From: Camelus dromedarius
Lineage: Eukaryota
Direction: 5' to 3'
Length of the DNA stretch: 64,000 nt
NCBI RefSeq assembly: GCF_036321535.1
Contig: NC_087437.1
Location: forward strand, 92,382,001 to 92,446,000
The notes under the pieces are model-generated. The model made no database searches. It had not been told where the DNA came from and saw nothing but the letters and a program-made list of their open reading frames with translations. Positions 63,781 to 64,000 of the stretch are shown here, piece by piece; the first letter of the stretch is position 1, and each line of letters begins with the position of its first letter. The position numbers and the translations under genes were made by a program.

Positions 63781-64000
63781 TTTTTATAAATCCATGGTAA
63801 AACTATTATGTGCAAAACTTATTCCATTTTACGTATGAAAAATAAAGAGGCACCAATTCTTTAACATAGGATACCAATTTGACTTGTATGTTTTCTGTAA
63901 TAGCTTTGCTCCAAATCTGCTACTTTCAGTAGAAAAAAATCTTTCCTGTATCAGGTTATACAGTTCAGTTCAAGTTCCAGAAAATAACAATGTCATCTTG

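Noticed and set aside
1..64000. The short ORFs in the supplied track as host genes
   Set aside because: They are L1 remnants, antisense-L1 or AT-rich chance ORFs, many with non-ATG starts; none resembles a cellular protein I recognise and there is no consistent exon chain
1..64000. CRISPR arrays, operons, rRNA/tRNA genes or other prokaryotic systems
   Set aside because: The DNA is clearly mammalian; I saw no regularly spaced repeat-spacer structure or structured RNA gene

Overview
This is AT-rich, CpG-poor placental-mammal DNA. I see no recognisable protein-coding exon, RNA gene, CpG island or prokaryotic feature, so it reads as a gene desert or a very large intron. It is a layered transposon fossil record. 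Ancient elements: L2, MIR/MIR3, L3/CR1, L1ME/MC/MB, MER20, MER81, and MaLR/ERVL LTRs (MLT1, MLT2, MER21, MER77, LTR33-like, LTR41-like). Younger elements: five cetartiodactyl-type L1 3' ends, several with readable target-site duplications (TSDs), and one young ERV1-type solo LTR with a perfect 4-bp TSD. The L1 3'UTR type, plus the apparent absence of Alu, B1/B2, Bov-A/BovB, CHR, PRE1 and SINEC elements, suggests a camelid (inference). Repeat family names come from recalled consensus sequences, not a database search, and boundaries of old elements are approximate. I found no convincing new biological system. The best leads are the solo LTR, an ORF2-deleted old L1 that keeps both ends, a 3'-truncated L1 stub, a legible CR1 reverse-transcriptase fossil and several repeat-poor candidate enhancers.
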